Assembly: GCA_965246885.1 (NCBI GenBank)
Contig: OZ251992.1
Coordinates: forward strand, 160,001-224,000
Direction of reading: 5' to 3'
Length of the DNA: 64,000 nt
DNA from: Abditibacterium sp.
GTDB taxonomy: Bacteria > Armatimonadota > Abditibacteriia > Abditibacteriales > Abditibacteriaceae
Shown: positions 1-11,904 of the stretch, piece after piece
Layout of the letters: every line of letters begins with the position of its first letter
Position numbering within the stretch: position 1 is the stretch's first letter
Program-made: the position numbers and the translations under genes
The notes under the pieces: model-generated
The model's input: the letters and a program-made list of their open reading frames with translations, nothing else
Told to the model about the DNA's origin: nothing
Database searches by the model: none

Positions 1-2
1 AA

Positions 3-1424
3 CGATTGGCGGGCGGCACCGCGACGCGCCCGATTCCCCTTCCGCTGGGTCGTCAAATCCGCGCGGTGCTTCCCGGCGCGCTCCGCTCCATCGAGCGCGC
101 CGCCGACCCGGAGCGGGCGCTGGCTGCGTTCGAGAACTTGTGCGAAGCGAGCGGCAACCGCTTGTCCCTCTTGCGTTCGCTCGACGCCGCGCCGCGTTTG
201 GGAGAAGCCATCTGGACGATTTTGGGCGGTGCGCAAGGGCTTGCGGACACCCTCGTTCATGCGCCGCAACTGCTCGACTTCGTGGCGAACCGCGCCCTGT
301 TAGAATCGCCGCGCCTCGGCCCGCAAGCGCGCGCCGCCTGCCGGGATTATTGTCTCGCGTTCCGCGACCGAAACGCCGCCCTGCGGCGGTGGCGCGCGCG
401 CGAACTGCTGCGCATCGGGCTGCGCGACTTGTTGATGGACGCGCCCAGCGCGCAAATCACTGCCGAAATCGCCCACCTTGCGGGCGCGTGCCTCGACTTG
501 GCGGTCGAGGAAATCCGAGCCAAACTGCGCCCCGCTTCCAATGCCCTCGCTTTTACGGTCATCGGCGTCGGCAAATTTGGCGGCGTCGAGATGCACTACG
601 CGAGCGACTTGGACGTCGTTTTCGTGGGAGAATCGTGGGCGCCCGAAGCGCACGCAAGCGGCTTGTCCACGCGCTTTGCCGAGGAACTCATCGCTTTTGT
701 GGGCGAGCCGAGTGCCGAAGGTGCGGGTTGGAGTTTGGACGCGCGGCTTCGTCCCGGCGGCGCGAGCGGCGCCCTCGCCGTCACGACCGAGCGGCTGCGC
801 GACTATTTTGACGACCCGCGCCAAGGCTTTGCCGTCTGGGAACGCCAATCTCTGACGCGCGCCCGACTCGGCGCGGGAGATTTCGGCTTGGGCGCGCGGG
901 CGATGGCCTCGATTCGCGCCGCCGCGCATCCAAACCAGTGGAATCCCGCGTGGGGCGATGAACTGCGGCATATCAAAACCCGCGTCGAACGCGAGCGCGC
1001 CGCCAAGCCATCGGGCGGCGTTCCGGTGTTTGACGTCAAATTGGGAAGCGGCGCGCTCGGCGACATCGAGTGGGCGGCGCAGTGGCTGGCGCTCCGACAC
1101 GGTGCGGCGTTCCCCGCCCTTCAAACCCCGAACACCCGCGCGCAACTGGGCGCCGCCCGCGACGGTGGATATTTGTCCGACGCCGAACACGCGACCCTGC
1201 TCGCCGCTTATGATTGGCTGCGCCGCGCCGAACTGCGCTGGCAAATCGCCCGCGACGGCGCTCGTTCCGGTGTGCGGCGCGACAGCCCCGATTTCCGCAT
1301 CTGGGCGCGCGCTGTGTTTCCCAACGCCTCCGGCGACGACGCGTCCGCCCTTTTCGAGCAAACTTGGGACGCCCATACTCGCTCGACACGCGCAATTTTC
1401 GAGCGAATCCGGGCCGCGCTGTAA
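3..1424 (+). CDS. glnE: Bifunctional glutamine synthetase adenylyltransferase/deadenyltransferase, C-terminal part (5' end outside window)
   Basis: GKFGGVEMHYASDLDVVF nucleotidyltransferase motif, LDARLRPGG, WERQSLTRAR, DVKLGSGALGDIEW; frame is open to the window edge. Confidence 0.9.
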   Translation, partial: RLAGGTATRPIPLPLGRQIRAVLPGALRSIERAADPERALAAFENLCEASGNRLSLLRSLDAAPRLGEAIWTILGGAQGLADTLVHAPQLLDFVANRALLESPRLGPQARAACRDYCLAFRDRNAALRRWRARELLRIGLRDLLMDAPSAQITAEIAHLAGACLDLAVEEIRAKLRPASNALAFTVIGVGKFGGVEMHYASDLDVVFVGESWAPEAHASGLSTRFAEELIAFVGEPSAEGAGWSLDARLRPGGASGALAVTTERLRDYFDDPRQGFAVWERQSLTRARLGAGDFGLGARAMASIRAAAHPNQWNPAWGDELRHIKTRVERERAAKPSGGVPVFDVKLGSGALGDIEWAAQWLALRHGAAFPALQTPNTRAQLGAARDGGYLSDAEHATLLAAYDWLRRAELRWQIARDGARSGVRRDSPDFRIWARAVFPNASGDDASALFEQTWDAHTRSTRAIFERIRAAL

Positions 1425-1426
1425 AA

Positions 1427-1600
1427 GAATTAAGCGCGCCGACGATTGCCGCAGTTAATTCTGGCGTCAGTTAGTTAATTTTTTCATCGGCGCGACCCGG
1501 CGAACGATCGACGCGCTTGATTCTTCCGTTCCCGCGCATAAATCAACCGTTCGCCGGGGCCAGTGGAGCGTTGACCGGGCCATTTCACTGGTCGCCGGAA
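1427..1600. repeat. Dispersed repeat family A (GAATTA-x-CGCGCCGA units, ~21-bp period), copy 1, followed by further degenerate 21-mers
   Basis: 1454-1494 matches 45406-45446 at 36/41 nt; units also match 10837-10956; 21-nt phased CCGTT/GCGTT starts at 1526, 1547, 1568. Confidence 0.75.
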
Positions 1601-1654
1601 ATTTCTCCGCCCCGGTTCGGCGAATCCCTTCAAACTACGCGCTCACTTAGTTTC

Positions 1655-2686
1655 ATGTCCTCTTTCCTTGTTGTAGATGTCGGTGGCACGAAGATTCTGG
1701 CGGCGGCGCTTGACCGCAATGGACGCATCCTCGCGCGGCACAAACTCAAAACTGAGCGCGGCGATAAAGCGGCTCTACTGGCGCAATTGGACGGCGCGCT
1801 CGACGCCGTCTTAGCTGAAGCGAAGCTGTTACGCGGCGACGTCGCGGGCATCGCCTTGGGCGTTCCGGGCGTGGTGGACGCCGCGCGCGGACACGTCGTT
1901 TTCACACCCAACGCGCCGCTTTCGGATACGCCCCTGCGCGAGATGTTGAGCAAGAAGTGGAGTTGTCCGATTGTCGTGGGCAACGATGTCAACGTCGGCA
2001 TGGCCGGGGAAGTCGCGCGCGGCGCCGCGCAAGGCGCTTCCAGCGCGTTCGGCATTTTCGTTGGGACTGGCATTGGTGGCGGCCTATTTATTGATGGGCA
2101 GTTAGTGGATGGCTATCGCGGCTTGGCCGGTGAAATCGGGCATTTGATAATACCCTTGGGCGTAGACATAGACACCAACACCTCCGGCAAACGGCACGCC
2201 TTTTTAGAGGAACTTTGCTCGCGCACCGCCATCGAAAACCAACTGCGCGCCGCCATCGCCAAAGGTCAAAAGTCCATTCTAACCGACATCGTGGGCGACA
2301 AGAAGTTGGAGCGCATCCGCTCCGGCGCCCTCAAAGAAGCCCTCAAAAAGGACGACCCGCTTGTCACGGAGGTCGTGCGCCGCGCCAGCTATCTCTTGGG
2401 ACTCGCGACCGCAAGCGTCCTCCACCTCATTGACCCCGAAGTCGTCGTTTTCGGCGGCGGCGTCATTGAAGCGTGCGGCAAATGGATGATGCCCCAAATC
2501 GAGCGCGCCCTCCAAAAGGTCGCCATGCAAGGCACCGGCGCCCCCCTCAAAATCGTCCAATCCACCCTCGGCGACGACGCCATCCTCTACGGCGGCCTGT
2601 CCTTATTACAAAACAACCCGCCCGCCCCCGCCACCACAGAACAGCTTTCCATCTTCGCGGCAGTGGATAAACCGGTGGGGAAGTGA
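1655..2686 (+). CDS. ROK family sugar kinase (glucokinase-like)
   Basis: VDVGGTK phosphate-1 motif, NDVN, GTGIGGG, GEIGH, GGGV; ATG at 1655 is a better start than the TTG at 1517, which lies in repeats. Confidence 0.9.
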   Translation: MSSFLVVDVGGTKILAAALDRNGRILARHKLKTERGDKAALLAQLDGALDAVLAEAKLLRGDVAGIALGVPGVVDAARGHVVFTPNAPLSDTPLREMLSKKWSCPIVVGNDVNVGMAGEVARGAAQGASSAFGIFVGTGIGGGLFIDGQLVDGYRGLAGEIGHLIIPLGVDIDTNTSGKRHAFLEELCSRTAIENQLRAAIAKGQKSILTDIVGDKKLERIRSGALKEALKKDDPLVTEVVRRASYLLGLATASVLHLIDPEVVVFGGGVIEACGKWMMPQIERALQKVAMQGTGAPLKIVQSTLGDDAILYGGLSLLQNNPPAPATTEQLSIFAAVDKPVGK

Positions 2687-2720
2687 AGATTTTAGAAGGG
2701 GTCAACAGCCACTCAGATTC

Positions 2721-4037
2721 TCAAACCACGTTCATATGCAGGGCGACTCTATTCATCACGTCCTTCTCTTCCTCGGTCAACACCTCATCCATTTGGGCGA
2801 TTCGCTGGCACTGCCAAAACAAGTAAGTGGCAAAGTCGGGGTGTAACTGCAGTAGCAGGTCATCTAAAGGAAGTGGCGAATCGAAGCTTGCGGAGATGGC
2901 CTCCAGCGAAATCGGACTTAAGCTCGCCTTGTGGAGCGCATCAAGTAGCTCTTCTCTGTTGGCGTTCGGTTGACCTGCCAGAAAGATATGCACGAGAACT
3001 TGATCAATAATTGCTTCTTGGTCAACTGCCTCGGATAAGAATAGCTCGCTCTCTTGCTTTACAGCCTCAATAGCTTTTGGAGAGGGCTGCAGATGCAGCT
3101 TCTCTTCGTAGAACTTGCAAGCGACGTGACCGAGCGTGTATACCATCGCCGCGTTCGTCGTGGCACCAATCACAGCGCCGACGGCTGGTGCGCTCTTCAA
3201 AATTCCCAACCCCGCTTTTACCAGATGTTGCGCCCCCAGAACGCAGCCAAACACTGCCAATACTTCTCCCTTTCGCGCCGGGTCTTCCAAATCCAAATCG
3301 TAGGCTGCCGCAATTTGGTAAACGAGTTCAGCTTGTAAAAGTGCAGTCGCTGCCAAGTCAAACACCATCAAAGGAATGGTTGAGCCGGGTAACAGGCTGG
3401 TAGATAAACCCACGCCTCCCGCCAACATCGCCTTTTGCAGCATCAACCGATGAGCGATTCCGTCCGGCCCCTCTTTAGGAAACTGGGCTTTCAATCCAGC
3501 AACCACCTCTTGAGCTTTTTCGATGTCAACCTGTTCAGTTACGTCAAGCCAGCGTTCCAACTTAAAAGCCTGCGCCAACTGCTGCAGAGTCGGGTTAGCA
3601 GTTACTAACTCAACGGCATGGCCGGCATGAGACGTTAACCCGGCCAGAAGCGGATATGCATTCTCCGAAACAGCCAACCCCACAACACTCGCCTTTGCCG
3701 AAACTGCTGCCCCCGCACTACTGGCTTTTTCATACGCATGTGAAGCAGCACTACTGGCTACCCCACGCGCTCCGGCGGCAACATCCACAACAAGATTCCC
3801 GGAGGTAGCCGCAACCGAGCCGACCGTTGCGCCGATGGCGCTGGCCCCATGTCGAACACGCCCGAACCATCCTCCGGCTTCTTGTTCCGGTTTTTCTTCC
3901 GCCTTCTCGATGGCTCTGGATTCTGTCTTAGGTTGGGCAACAAAAACGACAAGGACATCGCCTTCCACTTCGCCATTGACTGGCTCCAGAAGCTCAACTC
4001 GGCCATTGCGATATACACCCTTGACGGAAGACAACAT
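2721..4037 (-). CDS. EcsC/DUF697-like protein with N-terminal AF2212-type antitoxin-like segment and C-terminal TerB-like helices
   Basis: N-term MLSSVKGVYRNGRVELLEP; core AGGVGLSTSLLPG...DLAATALLQAELVYQIAAAY...PAVGAVIGATTNA; C-term IAQMDEVLTEEEK; the 4373 start in the ORF track runs through the 5S gene, so ATG 4037 is used. Confidence 0.6.
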   Translation of the reverse strand: MLSSVKGVYRNGRVELLEPVNGEVEGDVLVVFVAQPKTESRAIEKAEEKPEQEAGGWFGRVRHGASAIGATVGSVAATSGNLVVDVAAGARGVASSAASHAYEKASSAGAAVSAKASVVGLAVSENAYPLLAGLTSHAGHAVELVTANPTLQQLAQAFKLERWLDVTEQVDIEKAQEVVAGLKAQFPKEGPDGIAHRLMLQKAMLAGGVGLSTSLLPGSTIPLMVFDLAATALLQAELVYQIAAAYDLDLEDPARKGEVLAVFGCVLGAQHLVKAGLGILKSAPAVGAVIGATTNAAMVYTLGHVACKFYEEKLHLQPSPKAIEAVKQESELFLSEAVDQEAIIDQVLVHIFLAGQPNANREELLDALHKASLSPISLEAISASFDSPLPLDDLLLQLHPDFATYLFWQCQRIAQMDEVLTEEEKDVMNRVALHMNVV

Positions 4038-4065
4038 AGAAGACCGAGCCAAGTTTAGCCGTAGG

Positions 4066-4106
4066 CAAAACAAAACGGCCCACTTCGATTGAAGCGGGCC
4101 ATTTTT
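4066..4106 (-). terminator. Rho-independent terminator of the 23S-5S transcript
   Basis: Minus strand ATGGCCCGCTTC-AATC-GAAGTGGGCCGT followed by TTTGTTTTG, directly after 5S. Confidence 0.8.
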
Positions 4107-4114
4107 GAAAAAAT

Positions 4115-4231
4115 CGTGGCGGCGACTTACTTTCCCACAAGGTTGCCCTTGCAGTATCATCAGCGCTGAGAGGCTTGACTGCCGTGTTCGGAATGGGAAC
4201 GGGTATTTCCCTCTCGCCAAAACCACCACAA
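4115..4231 (-). rRNA. rrf: 5S rRNA
   Basis: Reverse complement contains CCCGTTCCCATTCCGAACACGGCAGTCAAG and GGGAAAGTAAGTCGCCGCCA; ~117 nt; ends approximate. Confidence 0.97.
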
Positions 4232-4376
4232 AACTTGTTAGGGTTGGAGGCTTTCGCCTCCCATTCGGAGCGCGCGCTCCGTGCAACTGGCCTGAGAGGG
4301 CCAAGGGTTGCACCCTGAAAACTGCATGAGTGTGAGCAAACAAGAACTTCGTTCGAGATTGCGTATAAGACAAAAG

Positions 4377-7260
<2,884 letters not shown>

Positions 7261-7365
7261 ACACTAAATCTTTCTCAAGATACTCCATCTTTACGATGGG
7301 CTACTCTCTCAAAGTGTTCTTTGCCTTACTCGCAAGATCTCCCTTCTGCCGAAGCAGAAAGAACT

Positions 7366-7417
7366 CTCGAACGAAGTTGTTTGTTTTCTCACACTCTATG
7401 CAGTTTTCAAGGTGCCC
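7366..7417 (-). other. 5' arm of the pre-23S processing stem (pairs with 4310-4357), includes a boxA-like GCACCTTGAAAACT
   Basis: Reverse complement GGGCACCTTGAAAACTGCATAGAGTGTGAGAAAACAAACAACTTCGTTCGAG is nearly identical to the + strand at 4310-4357, so the two segments are inverted repeats flanking 23S. Confidence 0.8.
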
Positions 7418-7541
7418 AGCGCGAAGATCTTTTTCAACGTCTTGGACGTTTGTTTTGACCTTAGCTGAAGCGAAGCATTCTCGCGGAATGACTCGATTCA
7501 ACCAGCTTGTCTTTGCCCTCTTTCCGAATCGGCGAAGAGAA

Positions 7542-7570
7542 ATCTTACCCAATCCCCTCTCGCTTGTCAA
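7542..7570 (-). promoter_or_regulatory. sigma70-type rRNA promoter, proximal
   Basis: TTGACA (7570-7565), 17 nt, TAAGAT (7547-7542), with A/T tracts upstream. Confidence 0.75.
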
Positions 7571-7730
7571 CGGCTTTCTCGAAAATTTCTGAAAAACTTT
7601 TCCTTCCGTCGTCGCCCACTTCTCTTGGGCTGGAATTAAACGCCGGAGGCTGGAGCAGGGTTGCAAGTTTTTCCGAACTCTCTCTTCTCATCGTCGTTCA
7701 AGGTGCCCGCCCCAAAAGGGGCAACGGGAA

Positions 7731-7758
7731 ATTATACGGGATTTCGTGCATCCGTCAA
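7731..7758 (-). promoter_or_regulatory. sigma70-type rRNA promoter, distal
   Basis: TTGACG (7758-7753), 16 nt, TATAAT (7736-7731); UP-element-like T tracts upstream; second GGGCACCTTGAA just downstream. Confidence 0.75.
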
Positions 7759-7882
7759 CCCCTAAATCAAAAAACTTTCGAGAGAGGTTCTTCACACCCC
7801 GGCATATTGCGCTTTCTGAAGGAAGCGAGGAAAATCAAGGGCCACAACGCCCACTCTTTTTCCGGCACGTTCAACCGACACC

Positions 7883-8605
7883 ATGAATTTCTACTTTATT
7901 TCGCTCGCTGTGCTCTTGGGCATTGCCCCTCTCACTGCGCAGGCCGATCCAGTGGCACCTGCTACCCAAGGGGCCAAACCCAAAGCGGTCAAAACCTCGC
8001 GCGTCGCGGGAAACGCTTACATCCGTGTTTTGAATGGAGTTGTCGGCGGCCCCGCACTGGATATTTATGCGGGCGCCGCCAAAATCGCCTCCGGGCTGAC
8101 CTTCAAATCGCTCGGCCATTACGTCGCCGTCAAAAGCGGTCAAAGCGCCTTTATAGTCGTCCCCACCGGGAGAACCGCGCCCATTATTGTTTCCCAAACC
8201 AAGTTTCTCGCCAAAGACAAATTTTACTCCGTTGTCATAGCTGGCAAAGGTGCGGAGTCCTTGCTGTTCGTCAACGACTCCGCCGGAAAAGAAATGCCCG
8301 ACAAGGCCCGCCTGCGCGTGATTCACGCCGCCCCCGGAGCGCCCGATGTTCTCGTCACGGCCCCTTCAGCGCGCGGAATTGAGGGATACGCCAACCTTCT
8401 GCCAAACCCACTCTCCTATTTGAAAGCCGCTTCCAAAACAGTCAAGCCGATGACCACCAGCGTGCAGATTCGCACCATTGACGGCCACCTCGTCAAAGAG
8501 GTGCCCGGTGTCATGCTCGCGGCGGGCAAACGTTACGACGCCTTCGCTCTTGGCGAAGTTGGCACCTCGTTCGATGTCGTCGTCGCACCTGCCGCAACTA
8601 AGTGA
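7883..8605 (+). CDS. Secreted DUF4397 domain protein
   Basis: Signal peptide ending AQA; two repeats of the RV(L/I)(N/H)...P.(L/P)D(I/V) pattern (IRVLNGVVGGPALDIY, LRVIHAAPGAPDV). Confidence 0.75.
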   Translation: MNFYFISLAVLLGIAPLTAQADPVAPATQGAKPKAVKTSRVAGNAYIRVLNGVVGGPALDIYAGAAKIASGLTFKSLGHYVAVKSGQSAFIVVPTGRTAPIIVSQTKFLAKDKFYSVVIAGKGAESLLFVNDSAGKEMPDKARLRVIHAAPGAPDVLVTAPSARGIEGYANLLPNPLSYLKAASKTVKPMTTSVQIRTIDGHLVKEVPGVMLAAGKRYDAFALGEVGTSFDVVVAPAATK

Positions 8606-8769
8606 GAAGGGTTTTGTATAGATAGCCGCTAAATCTCTCGCCTGCTCTTAACGCTCTTGTTTATATGTCTACGGCTTCATTTGGATTTAGCTCTTAAAGC
8701 TACAGAGTTGACATTTTACCTTTTGTTAAAGCAGGCGAAAGTGTTGCTAACTATGCCCGTGAGCCTACA

Positions 8770-10542
8770 ATGAAATTTTACCTCGATTCCGCCATCAAAA
8801 ACCCGACGCGCCCCAAACTTTGGGCGCGCGGCCTGTTCGTGGCCGTTTCCATCTGCTGGGTGCTGGCTTATATGATTGGCCGCGCCTCCTACATGAACCT
8901 GTCGCCTTGGCTGGCGCCGTTCGCCATTTTGCTGTTCGTGGCCGAATTGCACTCCATCTCCCACTTGTTCGGCATGTTCTATTCGATGTGGCCGCGCACC
9001 TACCAAGCGTGGCCCGAACTCAACCGCTCGCGCCACATCCGCGCCAACTTGTTCATCTGCGTGTGCGGCGAGCCTGCCGAGGTGCTCCGCAAAACCATCC
9101 TCGCCGCCCGCGAAGCCGCACGCGTTTACAATGATGAAATCCAGCCGCTTCACCCCGCCACCGTGACCGTCCTCAACGATGGCAAAGTCGCCAAAAAAGA
9201 TAACTGGCAAGAGATAGAGGCCATGTGCGCGGAACTGGGCGTGCGCCACATCGCCCGCGAAGTTAAAGGCGGATTCAAAGCGGGCAATATCAACAACGGC
9301 CTCGCCCAAACGCCCACCGACGACCCGTTCAACACGCTCGTCGTTATCTTCGACGCCGATTTCTGCGCCCTGCCCCACTTCCTGCTGGAAATCACCAAAC
9401 CGTTCGTGGACAAAACCATTGACTTCGTGCAATCGCCGCAACGCTACGCCAACGAGAAATCGTGGGTCGCGCGCGCCGCCGCCGCTCACCAAATCTTCTT
9501 CTTCGAGCACATCTGCCCCGCCAAGGGCTACGACAACGCGCTGTTCTTGTGCGGAACGAACTTCGCCATCCGCCGCAGCGCGCTTGATGCCGTCGGCGGC
9601 ATGGACACCGAGTTCATCATCGAGGACTACACCACCTCGCTGAACCTGCACCTCACCGGGCACAGGGGCGTTTTCATGCCGCAAGTGCTGGCGATTGGCA
9701 TGGCGCCGTCCAGTCTCAAGCAGTACTTCACGCAGCAACGCCGTTGGAGCCAAGGCTCCTTCGATGCCACCCGGTATTACCTCCGCGAAATGCTGTTTGG
9801 CCCCCTAACCGTCAAGCAGAAGATGCACTATCTGCTTTCGGCCACCTACTACCTCATCGGTTTGCGCGATTTCATCTTGATGATGGCGCCGCTTCCCTAC
9901 CTGTTCTTTGGTGTCTCACTCATTAAACCCAACCATCCTCTGTTCATGCTCTGCGTGTATGTCCCGATGGTCATTTCCAACTTCATCGTCTACTTGCGCA
10001 TGTTCCGCGCGCCCTTGGCCAGCTTGGTGTTGGACGTTGTTTCGTTCCCCGTCTTCACTTCGGCGTTCTTCTCCTCACTTATCGGGAATCGCATCCCCTT
10101 TATCGTGACCATCAAGAAATACGAGAAGGAGAACCCCCTGCGCGTCTACAAGGCGCAAACCATTGTCGGATTGGCGCTTATTATCGGACTTATCTACTCC
10201 GCCGCGCACTTCGGCTTCAAGAACCTCGGCTCTTACATCAATTACTGGTGGGCGTTCTTCGACGCCTTTATGCTGTCCACTGGCTTCTTTCTGCTCGTCA
10301 AAGAAAACATGAACTGGGGTGTTTGGGAAGCTGACGGCGAAAAGAAGAAATACCAATCGCGCCCCGAAGTGCAAACCTTCGTGCCTTCCCCCGAATTCGT
10401 CAAGCGGTTTGAAACCGCCCGGATTCGGCGCTCTTACATCGGCGGCGTTTTCCACGATCCCATCACGCAAGAGGGCGCAAACTTGCAGCCCAACCCCGCG
10501 CTACCGCGCAAAAGTCGCGCGGAAAACGCGGGCAACCAGTAA
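8770..10542 (+). CDS. Processive GT2 cellulose-synthase-like glycosyltransferase without PilZ domain
   Basis: LNDG, FKAGNIN, FDADF, QSPQ, FLCGTN, IED, QQRRW motifs; 2 N-terminal and several C-terminal TM helices. Confidence 0.85.
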   Translation: MKFYLDSAIKNPTRPKLWARGLFVAVSICWVLAYMIGRASYMNLSPWLAPFAILLFVAELHSISHLFGMFYSMWPRTYQAWPELNRSRHIRANLFICVCGEPAEVLRKTILAAREAARVYNDEIQPLHPATVTVLNDGKVAKKDNWQEIEAMCAELGVRHIAREVKGGFKAGNINNGLAQTPTDDPFNTLVVIFDADFCALPHFLLEITKPFVDKTIDFVQSPQRYANEKSWVARAAAAHQIFFFEHICPAKGYDNALFLCGTNFAIRRSALDAVGGMDTEFIIEDYTTSLNLHLTGHRGVFMPQVLAIGMAPSSLKQYFTQQRRWSQGSFDATRYYLREMLFGPLTVKQKMHYLLSATYYLIGLRDFILMMAPLPYLFFGVSLIKPNHPLFMLCVYVPMVISNFIVYLRMFRAPLASLVLDVVSFPVFTSAFFSSLIGNRIPFIVTIKKYEKENPLRVYKAQTIVGLALIIGLIYSAAHFGFKNLGSYINYWWAFFDAFMLSTGFFLLVKENMNWGVWEADGEKKKYQSRPEVQTFVPSPEFVKRFETARIRRSYIGGVFHDPITQEGANLQPNPALPRKSRAENAGNQ

Positions 10543-10547
10543 ACTCC

Positions 10548-10582
10548 AGCCGCTTTCGCCCCGCGAAAGCGGCTTTCCTTTT
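10548..10582 (+). terminator. Rho-independent terminator
   Basis: AGCCGCTTTCGC/GCGAAAGCGGCT stem followed by TTCCTTTT just after the GT2 stop. Confidence 0.8.
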
Positions 10583-10781
10583 ACCCCCACCGTGCCCGCA
10601 ACCGCGCGGCATCGGCGCCCGAAAATTCTATTGGGATGAACGGGTGGCGCCCACCTGCCCCACCATCGCGCGCGCTTCGCACGGCGCTCTTGCCATTGAG
10701 TGGCCCCCACTTCAAACCCTCCTCTGACAGCGCGAGGTGCAACGCTTCCGATTCGGTGCAAAAGTAACTCCTCAACAACAT
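10581..10781 (-). CDS. Possible small hypothetical protein (66 aa)
   Basis: ATG start preceded by GGGGG; fills the intergenic gap and ends at the terminator; no recognisable motif. Confidence 0.3.
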   Translation of the reverse strand: MLLRSYFCTESEALHLALSEEGLKWGPLNGKSAVRSARDGGAGGRHPFIPIEFSGADAARLRARWG

Positions 10782-10836
10782 CGCCCCCAGTCTGAATAGC
10801 GGCGCGCGGACGAGGCGCCGGTGCGCGCGAGCGGAA

Positions 10837-10956
10837 GAATTGGCCGCGCCGCCAAGAGAATTAGGTAAATGATGACGGAATTAAGCGCGCCGCTCGAACA
10901 ATTGTACGCGCCGTCCGAAGAATTAGCCGCGCCGACCATCGGCGCGGCTAATTCTT
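10837..10956. repeat. Dispersed repeat family A, copy 2 (five 20-21-nt units ending in an 18-bp perfect hairpin)
   Basis: GAATTGGCCGCGCCGCCAAGA / GAATTAGGTAAATGATGACG / GAATTAAGCGCGCCGCTCGAA / CAATTGTACGCGCCGTCCGAA / GAATTAGCCGCGCCGA; hairpin 10918-10935 with 10939-10956. Confidence 0.85.
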
Positions 10957-11026
10957 GTGCGCCCGCGCCTATGCCAAAGGGTCGCCGCACCATGTGGCTG
11001 GGCGGCGGGTCAAACTGGAAGCCGCC

Positions 11027-11884
11027 ATGACGTCGTTCTTTTGCCGCCGCACTTCTGTTTCTCTTTCGCGTTTCCTCCTACTGCTCCTCGCGCTATGTTT
11101 GGGCGGGGGGTGTTCGGGCGGCAAAACCGGCGCGAACGCTCAGATTAATCCGCCCGCTACGGCGGTTCCCGTCGCGCAGATGGGGGCGCCCGAATGGAAG
11201 TGGGACGTGCTCGGCGCGTTTCCGCACGACACCCGCGCGTTCACCGAAGGGCTGCTCTGGCACGAGGGCAAGCTGTACGAATCTACGGGTCTCGAAGGGC
11301 AGTCGAGCCTGCGCCGCGTGGATTTGCAGTCCGGCACCGTCGAGAAGAAGCTGAACTTGCCATCTAATCTGTTTGGCGAAGGGTTGTCATGGGTCGGCGG
11401 CAAGTTTTATCAACTGACGTGGCAAACGAAGTTGGGCTTTGTCTACGACGACAACTTCAAACTCTTGAGCAAGTTCTCTTACACCGACGAGGGGTGGGGC
11501 TTAACAACGGATGGAAACGCCCTCATTCAAAGCGATGGAACGGATACTCTGACGTGGCGCGACCCCAAAAACTTTGCCGCGCTCAGGCAAGTCAAGGTGA
11601 CATGGGACGGCCAGCCGCAACGCAATCTCAACGAACTGGAGTGGATCGGTGGCAAAGTGTGGGCGAACATCTGGCAACAGGATCAAATCGTGGTCATCAA
11701 CCCAACGACCGGGAAAGTGGAAGCGTACTTGAACCTATCCACGATTATCCCCGACTCCGAGCGCGGGAGCGCGGACAACGTGCTTAACGGCATCGCGTAT
11801 GACCCCGCCAACCAGCGCCTGTTCGTGACGGGTAAAAACTGGCCCAAGCTGTATTGGATTCACGTCCAAGATAAAATCCAGTAA
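11027..11884 (+). CDS. Glutaminyl-peptide cyclotransferase (lipoprotein-like)
   Basis: PHDTRAFTEGL, LYESTG, FGEG, QLTWQ, EGWGLT, LNELE, VLNGIA, TGKNWP. Confidence 0.92.
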   Translation: MTSFFCRRTSVSLSRFLLLLLALCLGGGCSGGKTGANAQINPPATAVPVAQMGAPEWKWDVLGAFPHDTRAFTEGLLWHEGKLYESTGLEGQSSLRRVDLQSGTVEKKLNLPSNLFGEGLSWVGGKFYQLTWQTKLGFVYDDNFKLLSKFSYTDEGWGLTTDGNALIQSDGTDTLTWRDPKNFAALRQVKVTWDGQPQRNLNELEWIGGKVWANIWQQDQIVVINPTTGKVEAYLNLSTIIPDSERGSADNVLNGIAYDPANQRLFVTGKNWPKLYWIHVQDKIQ

Positions 11885-11904
11885 AGCGGGGCACCGGGCA
11901 CCGA

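Noticed and set aside
4236..4316. tRNA in the 23S-5S spacer
   Set aside because: No GTTCRA T-loop, D-loop GG pattern or 7-nt anticodon loop in a cloverleaf arrangement.
8606..8769. c-di-GMP riboswitch or strong promoter upstream of the GT2 synthase
   Set aside because: A TTGACA and a short GCTAAATC/GATTTAGC inverted repeat exist, but I could not identify a correctly spaced -10 or a riboswitch consensus.
8770..10542. Assigning the symbol bcsA
   Set aside because: No PilZ domain, no bcs partner genes and altered signature motifs.
10837..10956. Possible CRISPR array (also considered for 33198-33302 and 59798-59902)
   Set aside because: Units abut at a 21-nt period with no unique 30-40-nt spacers, they are degenerate, and no cas genes are present.
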